Source of the DNA: an uncultured Methanosarcinales archaeon
GTDB taxonomy: Archaea; Nanobdellota; Nanobdellia; Woesearchaeales; GW2011-AR9
Direction of reading: 5' to 3'
NCBI GenBank assembly: GCA_964527395.1
Contig: CAZGQD010000007.1
Location: forward strand, 8,654 to 68,722
DNA length: 60,069 bases
A program made the translations under genes and the position numbers. Of the stretch, positions 27,828-37,466 are shown in pieces (position 1 is the stretch's first letter; each line of letters begins with the position of its first letter). The notes below the pieces were generated by a model that was not told the DNA's origin, did not search any database, and was given only the letters and a program-made list of their open reading frames with translations.

Positions 27828-29019
27828 ATGCAGTTAATCTCTGTCTTAATTGAGCTTCTTGTTCTGGTTTAAAACTTGAAGCGCTAATTCTAAGCATATC
27901 TGTCTGACCAAATGGTCTTCCAGGGCTTGTAATAATTCCAACTCTTGCTAAGTTATGCATAAGCTGTCCTCCGTTGTCGTATGCTTCGTGTTTTGCTCCT
28001 AGATACATTGCTCCTTGAGGTGTTAATTTTTTTCCTTGGAGGTCTGTGAAACCTGCTTTGCTGAATGCTTCTGCCAGAATTCCTAGTCTATTTGCGTACG
28101 CTGCTGCTATGCTGTGTAATCCTTGGTAACCAGTTTCTCTATCTGCTTTAAGCATTTTTGCTGCTGCAAATTGTGTTAATCTATCAGGGTGAACAGTTGA
28201 TCTGATTCTAGCTCCAATAGCAGGTGCTACTAATTTGTCTGGAAGGATCATGTAACCGTGCCCTCTAACTCCAGCTAAACCATAGATTTTTGTTAAAGAA
28301 CCTATTGCAATTCCTGTATTTTTATTATGTGCTATAATAGAAGATCTGTTGCCTTCTGGCCTCATAGAAAGATAAGTTTCATCCATAATAGTTGGCATAA
28401 TTCTTAATCTTCTTAGATCTTGATCCGCTATGGTTTCTCCAGATGGGTTTGATGGACTTGAAGCTACAACTAAACTAGGGTGTGCTCTTAAGGCTTCATC
28501 TAAAGTTTTTGGAAAAATTAGTCTTTTACCATTTAAACTTTCTTCCATTTGATCTTTTGTGCAAGAAAAATAAGGTGTTAGAATCGCTGCTGGCCTGTCA
28601 CAGATTTTTGGTCTTAGTAATTGTAAGGCTAGCTGCATTGAATGCATAGCACCTGCTGTAATAACTACATTGTTTGGATTTACTTCATGTCCAGTTTGAT
28701 TTTGATAAAGTTGGGCTATTTCTGTTCTTAGTTCTTCATTACCTTGCCATTCACCTGCGGGGTATTCCAAAAGCATTGCTGTTTTTAGTGCACCTTTTTG
28801 ATAACTATCTATCAATTCTTGTTTTAATCTACTTGGTAAAAGTGATGAATCTGGATTTCCAATATCTAACCTTGTTAGTTGGTCTGCTTTTGGGTGATTT
28901 GAAGCTAAGGCGCCAACTCTTTCTGGACCTAAGCTGTTTGGTCTTGGAAATATTTTATTTGGGTTTGGGATAATTATTTGCTTGTCACTTAGATCTACCA
29001 TCTCTTCTAAATCTGCCAT
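27796..29019 (-). CDS. PLP-dependent aminotransferase class I/II, divergent
   Basis: LDIGNPD, NVVITAGA, SPSNPSG, MDETY, GSLTKIYGLAGVRG, SPGRPFG...LRIS. Confidence 0.8.
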   Translation of the reverse strand: MADLEEMVDLSDKQIIIPNPNKIFPRPNSLGPERVGALASNHPKADQLTRLDIGNPDSSLLPSRLKQELIDSYQKGALKTAMLLEYPAGEWQGNEELRTEIAQLYQNQTGHEVNPNNVVITAGAMHSMQLALQLLRPKICDRPAAILTPYFSCTKDQMEESLNGKRLIFPKTLDEALRAHPSLVVASSPSNPSGETIADQDLRRLRIMPTIMDETYLSMRPEGNRSSIIAHNKNTGIAIGSLTKIYGLAGVRGHGYMILPDKLVAPAIGARIRSTVHPDRLTQFAAAKMLKADRETGYQGLHSIAAAYANRLGILAEAFSKAGFTDLQGKKLTPQGAMYLGAKHEAYDNGGQLMHNLARVGIITSPGRPFGQTDMLRISASSFKPEQEAQLRQRLTAFTSLYGQGHP

Positions 29020-29322
29020 TTTATTTTTTTCTCCTTCATTTTGCTTTTAAAGATGACTGTACTAGAATGGCCAACTTAGAATTCTGTTCTTTGATCTTGT
29101 TTTTGTTATTATATTTATTATTTTTGTTTAGAAGAATAAGATGACCAATGTGGGGCTCTAGCCAAATAGAAAAAAGAAGCTTATGAAACTTGTGAATCTG
29201 TTTGATTCTTGCTTGCTTAATCCTATTTTCATCTTAAATTGGAGTTTTTATTGAGATGTTTATAAATTATGTGACACAAATTGGAAATTGAACAACATAA
29301 ATTGGAAATAGAAATATTAAAA

Positions 29323-29718
29323 TTATTTTAGAATTATGTATAAAGCTACTAGTTCTAAAACAAGCATTGCTGCGCAGAAGACTCTGAATCTGTCTCTGTT
29401 GACTTTAGCAAAATAATCCATCATGAATTTTAATACTTTGTCTGAAAAGAACAGAAAACTTGTGAAGATTACAAGCATTGTGTAACCTGCGACAAACCAT
29501 TGTGCTAATGTAAGATTTGAGAGAAATGAAACGTAGATCATGAATAATGCTAATACTCCAATTATTCCTATTCTCCAAGCTTTGTTTTCTAAGTATAATT
29601 TGCTAAAAGGGTTTTTTTTATAATTTAGAAGTGTTTTTGGTGACACTATACCTATTATCATTTTTGCTGCACCTAATGCTAAGAGAACTACTGCTGTATA
29701 ATCTGTTATTGTTGCCAT
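29323..29718 (-). CDS. Small multi-pass membrane protein
   Basis: Four hydrophobic segments in 131 aa. Confidence 0.7.
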   Translation of the reverse strand: MATITDYTAVVLLALGAAKMIIGIVSPKTLLNYKKNPFSKLYLENKAWRIGIIGVLALFMIYVSFLSNLTLAQWFVAGYTMLVIFTSFLFFSDKVLKFMMDYFAKVNRDRFRVFCAAMLVLELVALYIILK

Positions 29719-29756
29719 GATGTAGGGATTATTTTTTTGTTTATAAATTGTTGTTT

Positions 29757-29914
29757 TTCTTGCGACATCTGTAGATGTGTCCGCGATGTCCCATACTTGG
29801 AAATCTTTTGATTCGTGAAAATTATTTTTATTTTTAGACGCAAAAATTTTAGTTTTTGCATTTCCTGTCGCAGAAACTTTTGTTTCTGCATCTTGGGACT
29901 TTGCTGCGCATAAG
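29757..29914. repeat. Multi-hairpin intergenic palindromic element
   Basis: ACATC/GATGT, GCAAAAA/TTTTTGC, GCAGAAAC/GTTTCTGC and GTCCCA/TGGGAC stems; part matches the reverse complement of 32147-32183. Confidence 0.65.
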
Positions 29915-29968
29915 TTTTTGTTTTTGGGGTTTAGTAATATTAATAAATGATTAAGTTGTTTTTTAGGT

Positions 29969-30718
29969 ATGGTTGATTATGTTTTGTATATTTTTGTTTT
30001 CTTAATAGGATTTATTTCTAGTTTAGTTGGAACAATTGGAGGAGCAGGTGGTCTTTTATCTATACCTTTTTTGATGTTTGTTGGTCTTCCACCACAAATT
30101 GCTATTGCTACAAACAAATTTGGTTCGCTTGGCCGTAGTTTTGGTGCAATTCCGAAGTTCTTTAAAGAGAAAAAAATAAATTGGAAGTATGTTCCCCCCT
30201 TTATTGCAATAAATATTGTTGGGGCAGTGATTGGAGCTAATTTACTTATAAGTATTAATGAAGAATTACTTACAAAGATAGTAGGGTTTATTATCTTACT
30301 TGTATTGCCATTTTTGTTCTTTAAAAAAGATATTGGAACTGTAAAAAAGAAGGTTTCAGCAAATAAGGAAAGAATTGGTTTTTTTATGTATTTTCTTGTT
30401 TCTATCTTTGCTGCATTTTTTGGAGGAGGAAGTGGAACCTTTATTTTTTATGTTCTTATGATTTTCTTTGGATTTACTATCATTGAAGCAAATGGAACTG
30501 ATCAATTCCCTGCACTTGTGCTTTCTATATCAGCTATTGTGGTTTTTGCAATAAATGGAATTATTGATTATGTTCTTGGTTTCTTTATGTTACTTGGAAT
30601 GCTTTTTGGTGGTTATACAGGTGCTAGACTTGCTATTAAAAATGGAAATGGATGGACAAAGAAGGTTTTTGGGATAATTGTTGCTTTTGCAGCTATTAAG
30701 TTGTTGTTTTTTGGTTAG
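29969..30718 (+). CDS. TauE/SafE (TSUP) family membrane transporter
   Basis: GGAGGLLSIPFL..VGLPPQIAIATNK, FFGGGSGTF, eight TM helices. Confidence 0.9.
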   Translation: MVDYVLYIFVFLIGFISSLVGTIGGAGGLLSIPFLMFVGLPPQIAIATNKFGSLGRSFGAIPKFFKEKKINWKYVPPFIAINIVGAVIGANLLISINEELLTKIVGFIILLVLPFLFFKKDIGTVKKKVSANKERIGFFMYFLVSIFAAFFGGGSGTFIFYVLMIFFGFTIIEANGTDQFPALVLSISAIVVFAINGIIDYVLGFFMLLGMLFGGYTGARLAIKNGNGWTKKVFGIIVAFAAIKLLFFG

Positions 30719-30747
30719 ACTGGAGATATTTTGGGGGATTGAAGTTT

Positions 30748-32034
30748 ATGGATAATGAAGTGAATGTTTCTAAAGAAGAAAAAGAAAGTATAATAGGTGT
30801 TTCTGAGAACCGTGTTGAGACTGTTTTTGATGAAAGCAAGTCAGTATCAGATAAGCCTAAGCTTTATGAGAATGAAGAAGAATCTATTGAATTTAAAGCT
30901 TCTAGTAAGAAAAGTGGAAATTTTAGCTCAAAGGATGCTAGTTCAAAAAAAGTAGATAGATATTATGTTTTGAAAAAGATTATATTGCTAGTAATTGTAA
31001 CATATTTCTTTTTACTGAGTATCAAACTTATGGGTGGGTCATTTAAGCTGTTTGGGAGAGAGTTTGCTGAACAATTGATTAGTTATACTGCAAATCCAAT
31101 TGTAGGATTATTTATTGGAATTTTAGCAACATCTCTGGTACAAAGTTCATCTGTAACCACATCAGTGATTGTTGGTTTGACAGCAAGTGGGGCTTTGACA
31201 GTGGCAGGAGCAGTTCCGATGATAATGGGAGCAAATATAGGTACAAGTATTACAAATACAATTGTCTCTCTTGGTCATATTACTAAGAAATCTGAATTTA
31301 AAAGGGCCTTACAAGTTGCAACAGTGCACGATTTCTTTAATTTTATAGTGGTTTTGGTCTTATTTCCTTTAGAAATGTTGTTTCATCCGCTTGAGAAAAT
31401 GGCATCTTACTTTACTACATTGATACTTGGAGCAAATGTAGGGTTGACTTTTTCTAGTCCGCTTGATTATATTGTAAAACCAGTGGCAAAATGGATCCAA
31501 CATGGACTTGGAGATAATGCGATTGTGGTATTGCTTATTTCAATTGTGATGATTTATACATCTCTTCGTTATTTTGTAAAAATAATTAAACCACTTGCTG
31601 AGACAGAATTTAAGACTTTATTGCAAGATCATTTTTTTAGAACTCCACTTATGAGTTTTTTTGTGGGTCTTTTTTTGACAATTGTAGTTCAAAGTTCCTC
31701 AGTTTCTACATCATTGGCTGTTCCTATAGCAGGAGTTGGACTTGTGGGCTTAACTAGACTTTATCCTTATATCTTGGGAGCTAACGTTGGTACTACTTTT
31801 ACTGCGCTGCTGGCTTCAGTTGTGACTGGGTCTCCTCTAGCTGTGACTGTTGCGTTAGAACATTTCTTTTTCAATTGTATTGGTTCAGCTATGATGTACC
31901 CATTGCGAGCAATACCACTTAGAATGTCAGTTTGGCTGTCTGATATGGCAATGAAATCTAGGTTTGTGCCATTTGTTTACATTGGAGTTGTGTTTTATGC
32001 GTTGCCATCGTTTGTGATATTTGTGCTGCACTGA
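30748..32034 (+). CDS. Na+/phosphate cotransporter (NptA-like)
   Basis: Two repeats: LVQSSSVTTS/IMGANIGTSIT and VVQSSSVSTS/ILGANVGTTFT. Confidence 0.9.
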   Translation: MDNEVNVSKEEKESIIGVSENRVETVFDESKSVSDKPKLYENEEESIEFKASSKKSGNFSSKDASSKKVDRYYVLKKIILLVIVTYFFLLSIKLMGGSFKLFGREFAEQLISYTANPIVGLFIGILATSLVQSSSVTTSVIVGLTASGALTVAGAVPMIMGANIGTSITNTIVSLGHITKKSEFKRALQVATVHDFFNFIVVLVLFPLEMLFHPLEKMASYFTTLILGANVGLTFSSPLDYIVKPVAKWIQHGLGDNAIVVLLISIVMIYTSLRYFVKIIKPLAETEFKTLLQDHFFRTPLMSFFVGLFLTIVVQSSSVSTSLAVPIAGVGLVGLTRLYPYILGANVGTTFTALLASVVTGSPLAVTVALEHFFFNCIGSAMMYPLRAIPLRMSVWLSDMAMKSRFVPFVYIGVVFYALPSFVIFVLH

Positions 32035-32140
32035 TAGTTTAATTCTTTTTTCTACCTTTTTTGTTTTTTGTTGGTTTTTTAGGTTTTTTTGTTTTTAATA
32101 ATAAGAATTATGAGTTTGATTTTTTTTAAAAAGAAAATAA

Positions 32141-32437
32141 AATGAAAATGCAAGAAAATCAAAGATTTTCTGCATAGGAAATGTTTCATTTCCTTATGTC
32201 TAAAAATCAAGCATCCCAATCGGAGCAGAGCTCCAGGGTACATGAAAATAAGATTATTTTCAGTACTGAAAAGCTATGCTTTTCATGTATTCCTTGATTT
32301 TTTGCTTCGCACCGACATTTTCTTTCATGCTTAAAAACTAAGAGTTTTTAGCACATAAAAAAGCGTTGCTTTTTTAATGTTAGTTTTTTATTTTAGTCGA
32401 TGCAAAGCATCGGGGTATTAGACCCATAAAAAACTAA
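32141..32437. repeat. Chain of nested short-loop hairpins (structured DNA/RNA element)
   Basis: GAAAATC-AAA-GATTTTC, GGAAATG-TTT-CATTTCC, GGAGC-AGA-GCTCC, GAAAAGC-TAT-GCTTTTC, CGATGC-AAA-GCATCG and enclosing stems AAAAATCAAG/CTTGATTTTT, TACATGAAA/TTTCATGTA. Confidence 0.75.
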
Positions 32438-32451
32438 TAAAATGACAATTG

Positions 32452-33033
32452 TTATTTCAAAGCCCAAAGTATTGCCTTTAATTGAGGCTCTAAATCATTA
32501 ATATCTGTGCAGTGAATTGTGTGAATTCCTAAGTCTTTTGCTGCTTGAATGTTTATCTCTCTGTCGTCTATAAAAAGACAATCTTCTGGTTTTTCACCTA
32601 TTGTTTTTAAAGCAAGCTCAAATGTTTTTTTGTATGGTTTCATAGTACCTATTTCACTTGAGAACATAACATGGTCAAAAAATGAAAGGTTGTTATTTTG
32701 TTTTATGTATTCAGTTTTGAAATGCATTTGGTCTGAGAGGATGGCTGTTTTGTAGTTTTTTGATAGTTCTTTTGCTAAATCAAATCCTTTCCAGGCTGGA
32801 ATTTCTGTCAATGCACGTTTTATTTCGTCACCAGGGATATGGAAATCTGCTTCCATCATAGTTATGAATCTAGTGTAATCTTTACTTTCTGAATTCTCTT
32901 TTTCATATTTTCCAATCTTATTTTTTAGTTTTTGATAGTTTGAGCCAAATATCTGTGATAATTTTCTTGCTGCAGGTTCTGTATCTGCTGGAGCTAATAC
33001 GCCACCCCAATCAAATATTATTGCTTTTACCAT
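32452..33033 (-). CDS. HAD-IA family phosphatase
   Basis: IIFDWGGVL, AILSD, MKP, LFIDDR..N..AA..LGI. Confidence 0.9.
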   Translation of the reverse strand: MVKAIIFDWGGVLAPADTEPAARKLSQIFGSNYQKLKNKIGKYEKENSESKDYTRFITMMEADFHIPGDEIKRALTEIPAWKGFDLAKELSKNYKTAILSDQMHFKTEYIKQNNNLSFFDHVMFSSEIGTMKPYKKTFELALKTIGEKPEDCLFIDDREINIQAAKDLGIHTIHCTDINDLEPQLKAILWALK

Positions 33034-33120
33034 GGTTTTTGCCTCTTTTTGCTTTTTTTGAATAGTTTATTAAAGGTCATTTTTCTTTCTTTGTTAATTC
33101 ACATTACTTGATTTTTTAAT

Positions 33121-34143
33121 TTAAGCAGCATCCCTTCTATTGAAGACATTGCCCATAAATTCATCATTTGACATATCCTTCAAGCTATCTGAAAGTTGAA
33201 CTGCTTCACCATACCTTGTGTTATCTCTCTCTTGGCAACGGATATTAAAGTGTGCAAATCTCCAGATAGAAATGACAGCAGCAGCATGGGAAGCGCCTAA
33301 ACGTAACAATTGTCTTTCTCTATCTTCTAGAGGTCTTACACTTTCATATCCTCTTACTAAGGCTTGTACTTTTTGATAATTTATCTCTCCATTATCTCTA
33401 CATGCACCAATTGCAGTTTGACCTATATCAAAGATATTTTTTCCATGGTAAGCACTTTCAAAGTCAATAATTCCAGAGATCTCATATTTGTCAAAAATTG
33501 CGTTATCTGCCCATAAATCACCATGAGTAATCCCATTTGGAAGCTCGTTTGGCAATGCCTCTTTGAAATACCTGTGTGCTTGATCTAACCATCCGATGAA
33601 TTTATGGTTAACACCTTCCAATTTTGGCCGATATGTCTCGTAGCCAAAAGGATGAATATCCCTTAGGAAACCAGGTACTTCAATTTGATGAAGTCTAGCC
33701 ATTGTTGCACCCAATTGTTCAAGGTTTTGTTGTGACAAATCTTCAATTGTTTGTCCTTCAAGGTATGATAAAACCATCAGTGGTTTCCCATCATATTCTA
33801 TCACTCTTTGACTTTGAGCTGTAACTGGTTTTTGGCACGGAAAGCCATTTTTGTATAAATGTTCTGTTAGTCTTACTACAGTATCAGCTTCAGTCATTGT
33901 TTGATCATCACAAATCCTTAAAACAAATCTGTTCCCTTGTGTCTTATATTTGGTGTCGACTGTTCCTGCTCTTGCTGTGATAATATAATTTGAGTTTCTT
34001 AAACCTTCTTTTACAGGTTTTGCTGATATTATATCCAAATCAAATCTTTTTGCAATTCTAATTATTTCTTCTAAACTTAGTCTTGTATGTACTGCCATGT
34101 GAAATCTTTGTTTGATTTTGTCGTTTAACATTTTCACTAACAT
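33121..34143 (-). CDS. APH/type II homoserine kinase-like phosphotransferase
   Basis: GLRNSNY, VLRI, HGDLWADN (Brenner motif), IIDF, FDIG. Confidence 0.85.
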   Translation of the reverse strand: MLVKMLNDKIKQRFHMAVHTRLSLEEIIRIAKRFDLDIISAKPVKEGLRNSNYIITARAGTVDTKYKTQGNRFVLRICDDQTMTEADTVVRLTEHLYKNGFPCQKPVTAQSQRVIEYDGKPLMVLSYLEGQTIEDLSQQNLEQLGATMARLHQIEVPGFLRDIHPFGYETYRPKLEGVNHKFIGWLDQAHRYFKEALPNELPNGITHGDLWADNAIFDKYEISGIIDFESAYHGKNIFDIGQTAIGACRDNGEINYQKVQALVRGYESVRPLEDRERQLLRLGASHAAAVISIWRFAHFNIRCQERDNTRYGEAVQLSDSLKDMSNDEFMGNVFNRRDAA

Positions 34144-34168
34144 TTGTTTGCAATTTTTTTTGAAATTG

Positions 34169-34349
34169 AAGGAAATTTAGAAAATTCCTACTCCCACACC
34201 TAAAGGAGTGGGATTCTACGGAATTTTTAATCTAAATTCCTTATAAATTGAAAATTTATGGGACCCAAAAATTCAAAAAGAATTTTTAAGGTTCCAGCAA
34301 ATGATCCCTTCAATTCATCCCAGACTTAAAAGACTGGGATTTCTTGAAG
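34169..34349. mobile_element. Non-autonomous IS200/IS605-like remnant (PATE/MITE)
   Basis: Two GC-richer hairpins with TAAA in the loop: TCCCAC-ACCTAAAGGA-GTGGGA and ATCCCAG-ACTTAAAAGA-CTGGGAT flanked by TTC, as at IS200/IS605 ends. No tnpA or tnpB. Confidence 0.55.
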
Positions 34350-34391
34350 AGTTCATTTAATTTTATTATTTGATCTGGTTTTATTTGTTGT

Positions 34392-35063
34392 TTACTTATC
34401 ATCTAATTCTGGAGCTGTACTGCTGGCGAAAAATGGTAATACTTTGCTCTCTGCCTTTCTTAGATGCTCTCGATATGTCATCCTTGAAACTTTCATATAT
34501 TTTGCAAGGTCTTGTAGATGTATCTTTTGTGGGAATTCATAATAACCAAACTCTACTGCAAGATCAAATGCTCTTTTTTGTTTACTTGACAATTTTGGCA
34601 TAATTCTAGGATAAAAGATGTCTCTTGCTTTTTCTTCTCTTAATTTTAGAATTTTAACTTCTCCTACTTGCTTTGAATTGTTATAAAATTCTATCAATTT
34701 CTCTCTGTTCCATGAAGCCAAGTGCCAATACTCGTAGCCATTTTCATGCAAAAGTGGTTCTACTAAGAAAAGTTCTCTTGAAAATTCGTTTGTGATATGT
34801 TTATCTTTTTTTGGAACCCTTGAATGAGTAATTAATTGGCTGCCCATATCTTCTGTTCTAATCACTCTTTTGTCAGCTTTCATCTCTTTGATGAACCTTT
34901 TGATTCTGTCTTCCTTACCTATTGGAATCATTAGAGTGCTATAATAGAAATTAGTATTGTCTTCGTGAAATGCTAGTACATGTGCAATTACTTTGATCTT
35001 ACCATCTTGCAGCTTTGATAAAATAAAGCAATCGTGTTTTATCTTGAATTTTCCTATCCACAT
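34392..35063 (-). CDS. HTH-10 (bacterio-opsin activator-type) transcriptional regulator
   Basis: C-terminal LSSKQKRAFDLAVEFGYYEFPQKIHLQDLA...VSRMTYREHLRKAE. Confidence 0.9.
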   Translation of the reverse strand: MWIGKFKIKHDCFILSKLQDGKIKVIAHVLAFHEDNTNFYYSTLMIPIGKEDRIKRFIKEMKADKRVIRTEDMGSQLITHSRVPKKDKHITNEFSRELFLVEPLLHENGYEYWHLASWNREKLIEFYNNSKQVGEVKILKLREEKARDIFYPRIMPKLSSKQKRAFDLAVEFGYYEFPQKIHLQDLAKYMKVSRMTYREHLRKAESKVLPFFASSTAPELDDK

Positions 35064-35105
35064 TTTTATCGCTTCTTTGTTTTTTTGGGTTTTGCTAGTA
35101 ATTTT

Positions 35106-35160
35106 GCTTTGCTTTGTTTTGTTTTGTTTTGTTGTTTTTTGTTGTTTTTTGTTGTTTTTT
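35106..35160. repeat. Simple sequence repeat (GCTTT)2(GTTTT)3(GTTGTTTTTT)3
   Basis: Read directly from the sequence, 40-100 nt upstream of the HTH-10 start codon. Confidence 0.85.
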
Positions 35161-35242
35161 GAAAGTTTATTTTTTTATTAGTAGGAGTAATTTCTTCTTT
35201 TTTATTGGTTTAAAGTTCAAAGAATTCAACAAAAAAGAAACA

Positions 35243-35389
35243 TTAGGCAGCTAGCCAGGATGGTCTTCGGATTGGAGAAAAATGAAATTTTGTGCAAGAA
35301 CTGTTTAAAAGTGAATTATTGTTGTTATTGTTGTTACTATTATTAAATTTTATTAATTTTAATTTGAGATTAGGTTTATCTTTTTTCAT
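35243..35389 (-). CDS. 48-aa Asn-rich small ORF, absent from the ORF track
   Basis: MKKDKPNLKLKLIKFNNSNNNNNNNSLLNSSCTKFHFSPIRRPSWLAA, preceded by AGGTGA ribosome site. Confidence 0.4.
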   Translation of the reverse strand: MKKDKPNLKLKLIKFNNSNNNNNNNSLLNSSCTKFHFSPIRRPSWLAA

Positions 35390-35539
35390 TAGGGTTTCAC
35401 CTGCTTTTGTAAAGTCTAGTCAGTATTTAAGACAACTGACATAAAATAAGGTAAAATCTACTAAAATAACATATTTTGCCCAACATATGTTGGTTAATCT
35501 TGTAGAGGATTGGTTTTTTAAGTGATTTTTAGCTTCTTT

Positions 35540-36064
35540 TTAATTGCTTTTTAGATCATTTCTTAACTGAGTTATAGTCTTTTTTAGTAAAGGATGTTGT
35601 AATTCTGGAGCAATTTCATTCAATGGACCTAAAACAAAGCTGCGTTTATGTAGTCTTGAATGTGGAATTATTAGGTCTTTTTTGTTAATTATTTGATTCT
35701 TGTAGAAAAGAATGTCTAAATCAATGGTTCTTGGACCGTTTTTTATTGTTTTTATTCTTTTTAGTTTTTTTTCTATGCCTTTTGTGACTTTTAGTAGCTG
35801 ATCTGGACTTAGATTTGTGTTAATTTCTATTACGCAATTAAGAAAATTATCTTGATTAATGTATCCTACTGGTTTTGTTTTGATGATTGTTGAAATTTTT
35901 GTTATTTTTGTGTATTCTTTTAGAAGAGAAATGGCTTTATTGATATTTTCTTGTTTGTTACCTAAATTTGATCCTAGTGAAATATAAATTGAATTGTTAT
36001 TTTGGTTTGATTTTGGTTGTTTTTGTTGTTCTTTTATACTATTGACCATTTTAACTTGCTTCAT
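35540..36064 (-). CDS. folK: 2-amino-4-hydroxy-6-hydroxymethyldihydropteridine pyrophosphokinase
   Basis: IYISLGSNLG, QDNFLNCV, GPRTIDLDIL, IIPHSRLHKRSFVLGPL. Confidence 0.95.
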   Translation of the reverse strand: MKQVKMVNSIKEQQKQPKSNQNNNSIYISLGSNLGNKQENINKAISLLKEYTKITKISTIIKTKPVGYINQDNFLNCVIEINTNLSPDQLLKVTKGIEKKLKRIKTIKNGPRTIDLDILFYKNQIINKKDLIIPHSRLHKRSFVLGPLNEIAPELQHPLLKKTITQLRNDLKSN

Positions 36065-36700
36065 TGTAACCCATTGGAACTAAGCTGCCTCTATTGAGAC
36101 CTTCTGCACCTAATTGTGCTTTTAGTATTTGGACCTCTTCTAATGCACTGATTCCTTGATCATTATTACCATGATATATCTCTAGAAGTGGTACATCTTG
36201 ATATGCAGCTATACCGTCTTCTTCAGCTACTTTTATCAAAGCTGTTTTTGCACCAATTCCATGCTCAGCTGATGGTACACCACCTAATCCTATTGCTCTC
36301 TTGATCAATCTACCTTGAACTTTTCTTGCTTTTTCGTATGTTGCTTCATTGTTTAAGAGATTGTAGTGCATATGGCCTGTGAATGGATGTCCAATCTCTA
36401 CACCATATTCTTCATTGAGCCCTTCAAATCCTTGTTCTTGGCAGAAGCTTGCGTAATCTTGTAGTTGTTCTAGCTACACCTAAAATCCCTTGATTATCTC
36501 CTTCTAGGTTAGTTCTGTTTTTACCGTCTTTTAAATTGTATACTTGTGCTGCTTCTTTCTTCAACAAAATCCATAGCATCTTGGTAGCTTTTGAAGAACA
36601 GCATTCCTGCCCAAACATCTGCTGTGTTTTTTGGACTTCTTTTTGGAAGAGTTCTAAAACCAGCATATTGATCTTTATTTGTGATAATTCTTATGTGGTT
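36051..36700 (-). pseudogene. Frameshifted remnant of an FAD-linked oxidase (GlcD/D-lactate dehydrogenase-like C-terminal domain)
   Basis: GHMHYNLL and GGVPSAEHGIG in one frame (open back to a stop at 36474-36476); IIT...LPK...MLFFKSYQDAMDFV in a separate upstream segment of that frame without a start codon; the intervening segment reads best in another frame. Confidence 0.65.
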
Positions 36701-36800
36701 GTTGGGATTAGCTTATTTATAAAGAGATTGGTTGTTTAGTAGGTTTTTTTAAGGTTTTATAGTTGATTTTGGTAATTTATTAGTGGTTTTTAGTTTTTTT

Positions 36801-37466
36801 CTATTCAATGACAATCACTTCGCCATCTCTTAAGGTTTTGAACTTGATATTGTTATCTTTGCAAAATTGTACCTCTTTGTTGATGTCTTTGCTTTCAGGA
36901 TGATCTGATTGGTAATGTGGCAAAATAAGGTAATCTAATAGGTCTAGGCCTTCCCAAATTGTTTCTTGTTTTTCTTCTTTATTTGCTTCTTTGTGTGTGT
37001 TTTTATTGGTTTTTATGTAAGGATTTATATTTGGGTTGTCAACTATCTGTAGTCCTTTGAGGCTAGGAGCTAAGATACAAATGCCTGCACTGTAACCTGC
37101 GTAAACGAAATTTGTTTTGGATTTGTCGTCTTTAAAGCTTTTTATTATATTGTCAAAACCACTGAGTTTCATTGCTTGCCTTAAAATAAATGTATTGCCA
37201 CCTCTGACCCATACGCCCGCTACTGTGTTTAGGAATTGTTTTAGTTCTGCTTTTTTGTTGAAGTAGTCCTTTAAGTTTAGTGTGACTGGTTCTAGGTCTA
37301 AAGCTGCTAGGTTCTCTTTGTTTCTATTGATGCTTTCGCTTATTTCTTCATCTGTTTTGTAATCGATCGCATTAGGAATGATTGCTATCTTTTTGTTTGT
37401 TTTGAAGAAAAAAGCTAGTATTTGTCCTTTATTTCCTATTTTGTATGATGACAAGTAGAATTTCAT
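36801..37466 (-). CDS. Peptidase S51 (dipeptidase E-like)
   Basis: VWVRGGNTFIL, YAGYSAG nucleophile elbow, ILPHY. Confidence 0.9.
   Translation of the reverse strand: MKFYLSSYKIGNKGQILAFFFKTNKKIAIIPNAIDYKTDEEISESINRNKENLAALDLEPVTLNLKDYFNKKAELKQFLNTVAGVWVRGGNTFILRQAMKLSGFDNIIKSFKDDKSKTNFVYAGYSAGICILAPSLKGLQIVDNPNINPYIKTNKNTHKEANKEEKQETIWEGLDLLDYLILPHYQSDHPESKDINKEVQFCKDNNIKFKTLRDGEVIVIE

Noticed and set aside
29040-29235. Leader peptide upstream of the aminotransferase
   Set aside because: The ATG frame stops after 24 codons and the adjacent open frame has no start codon.
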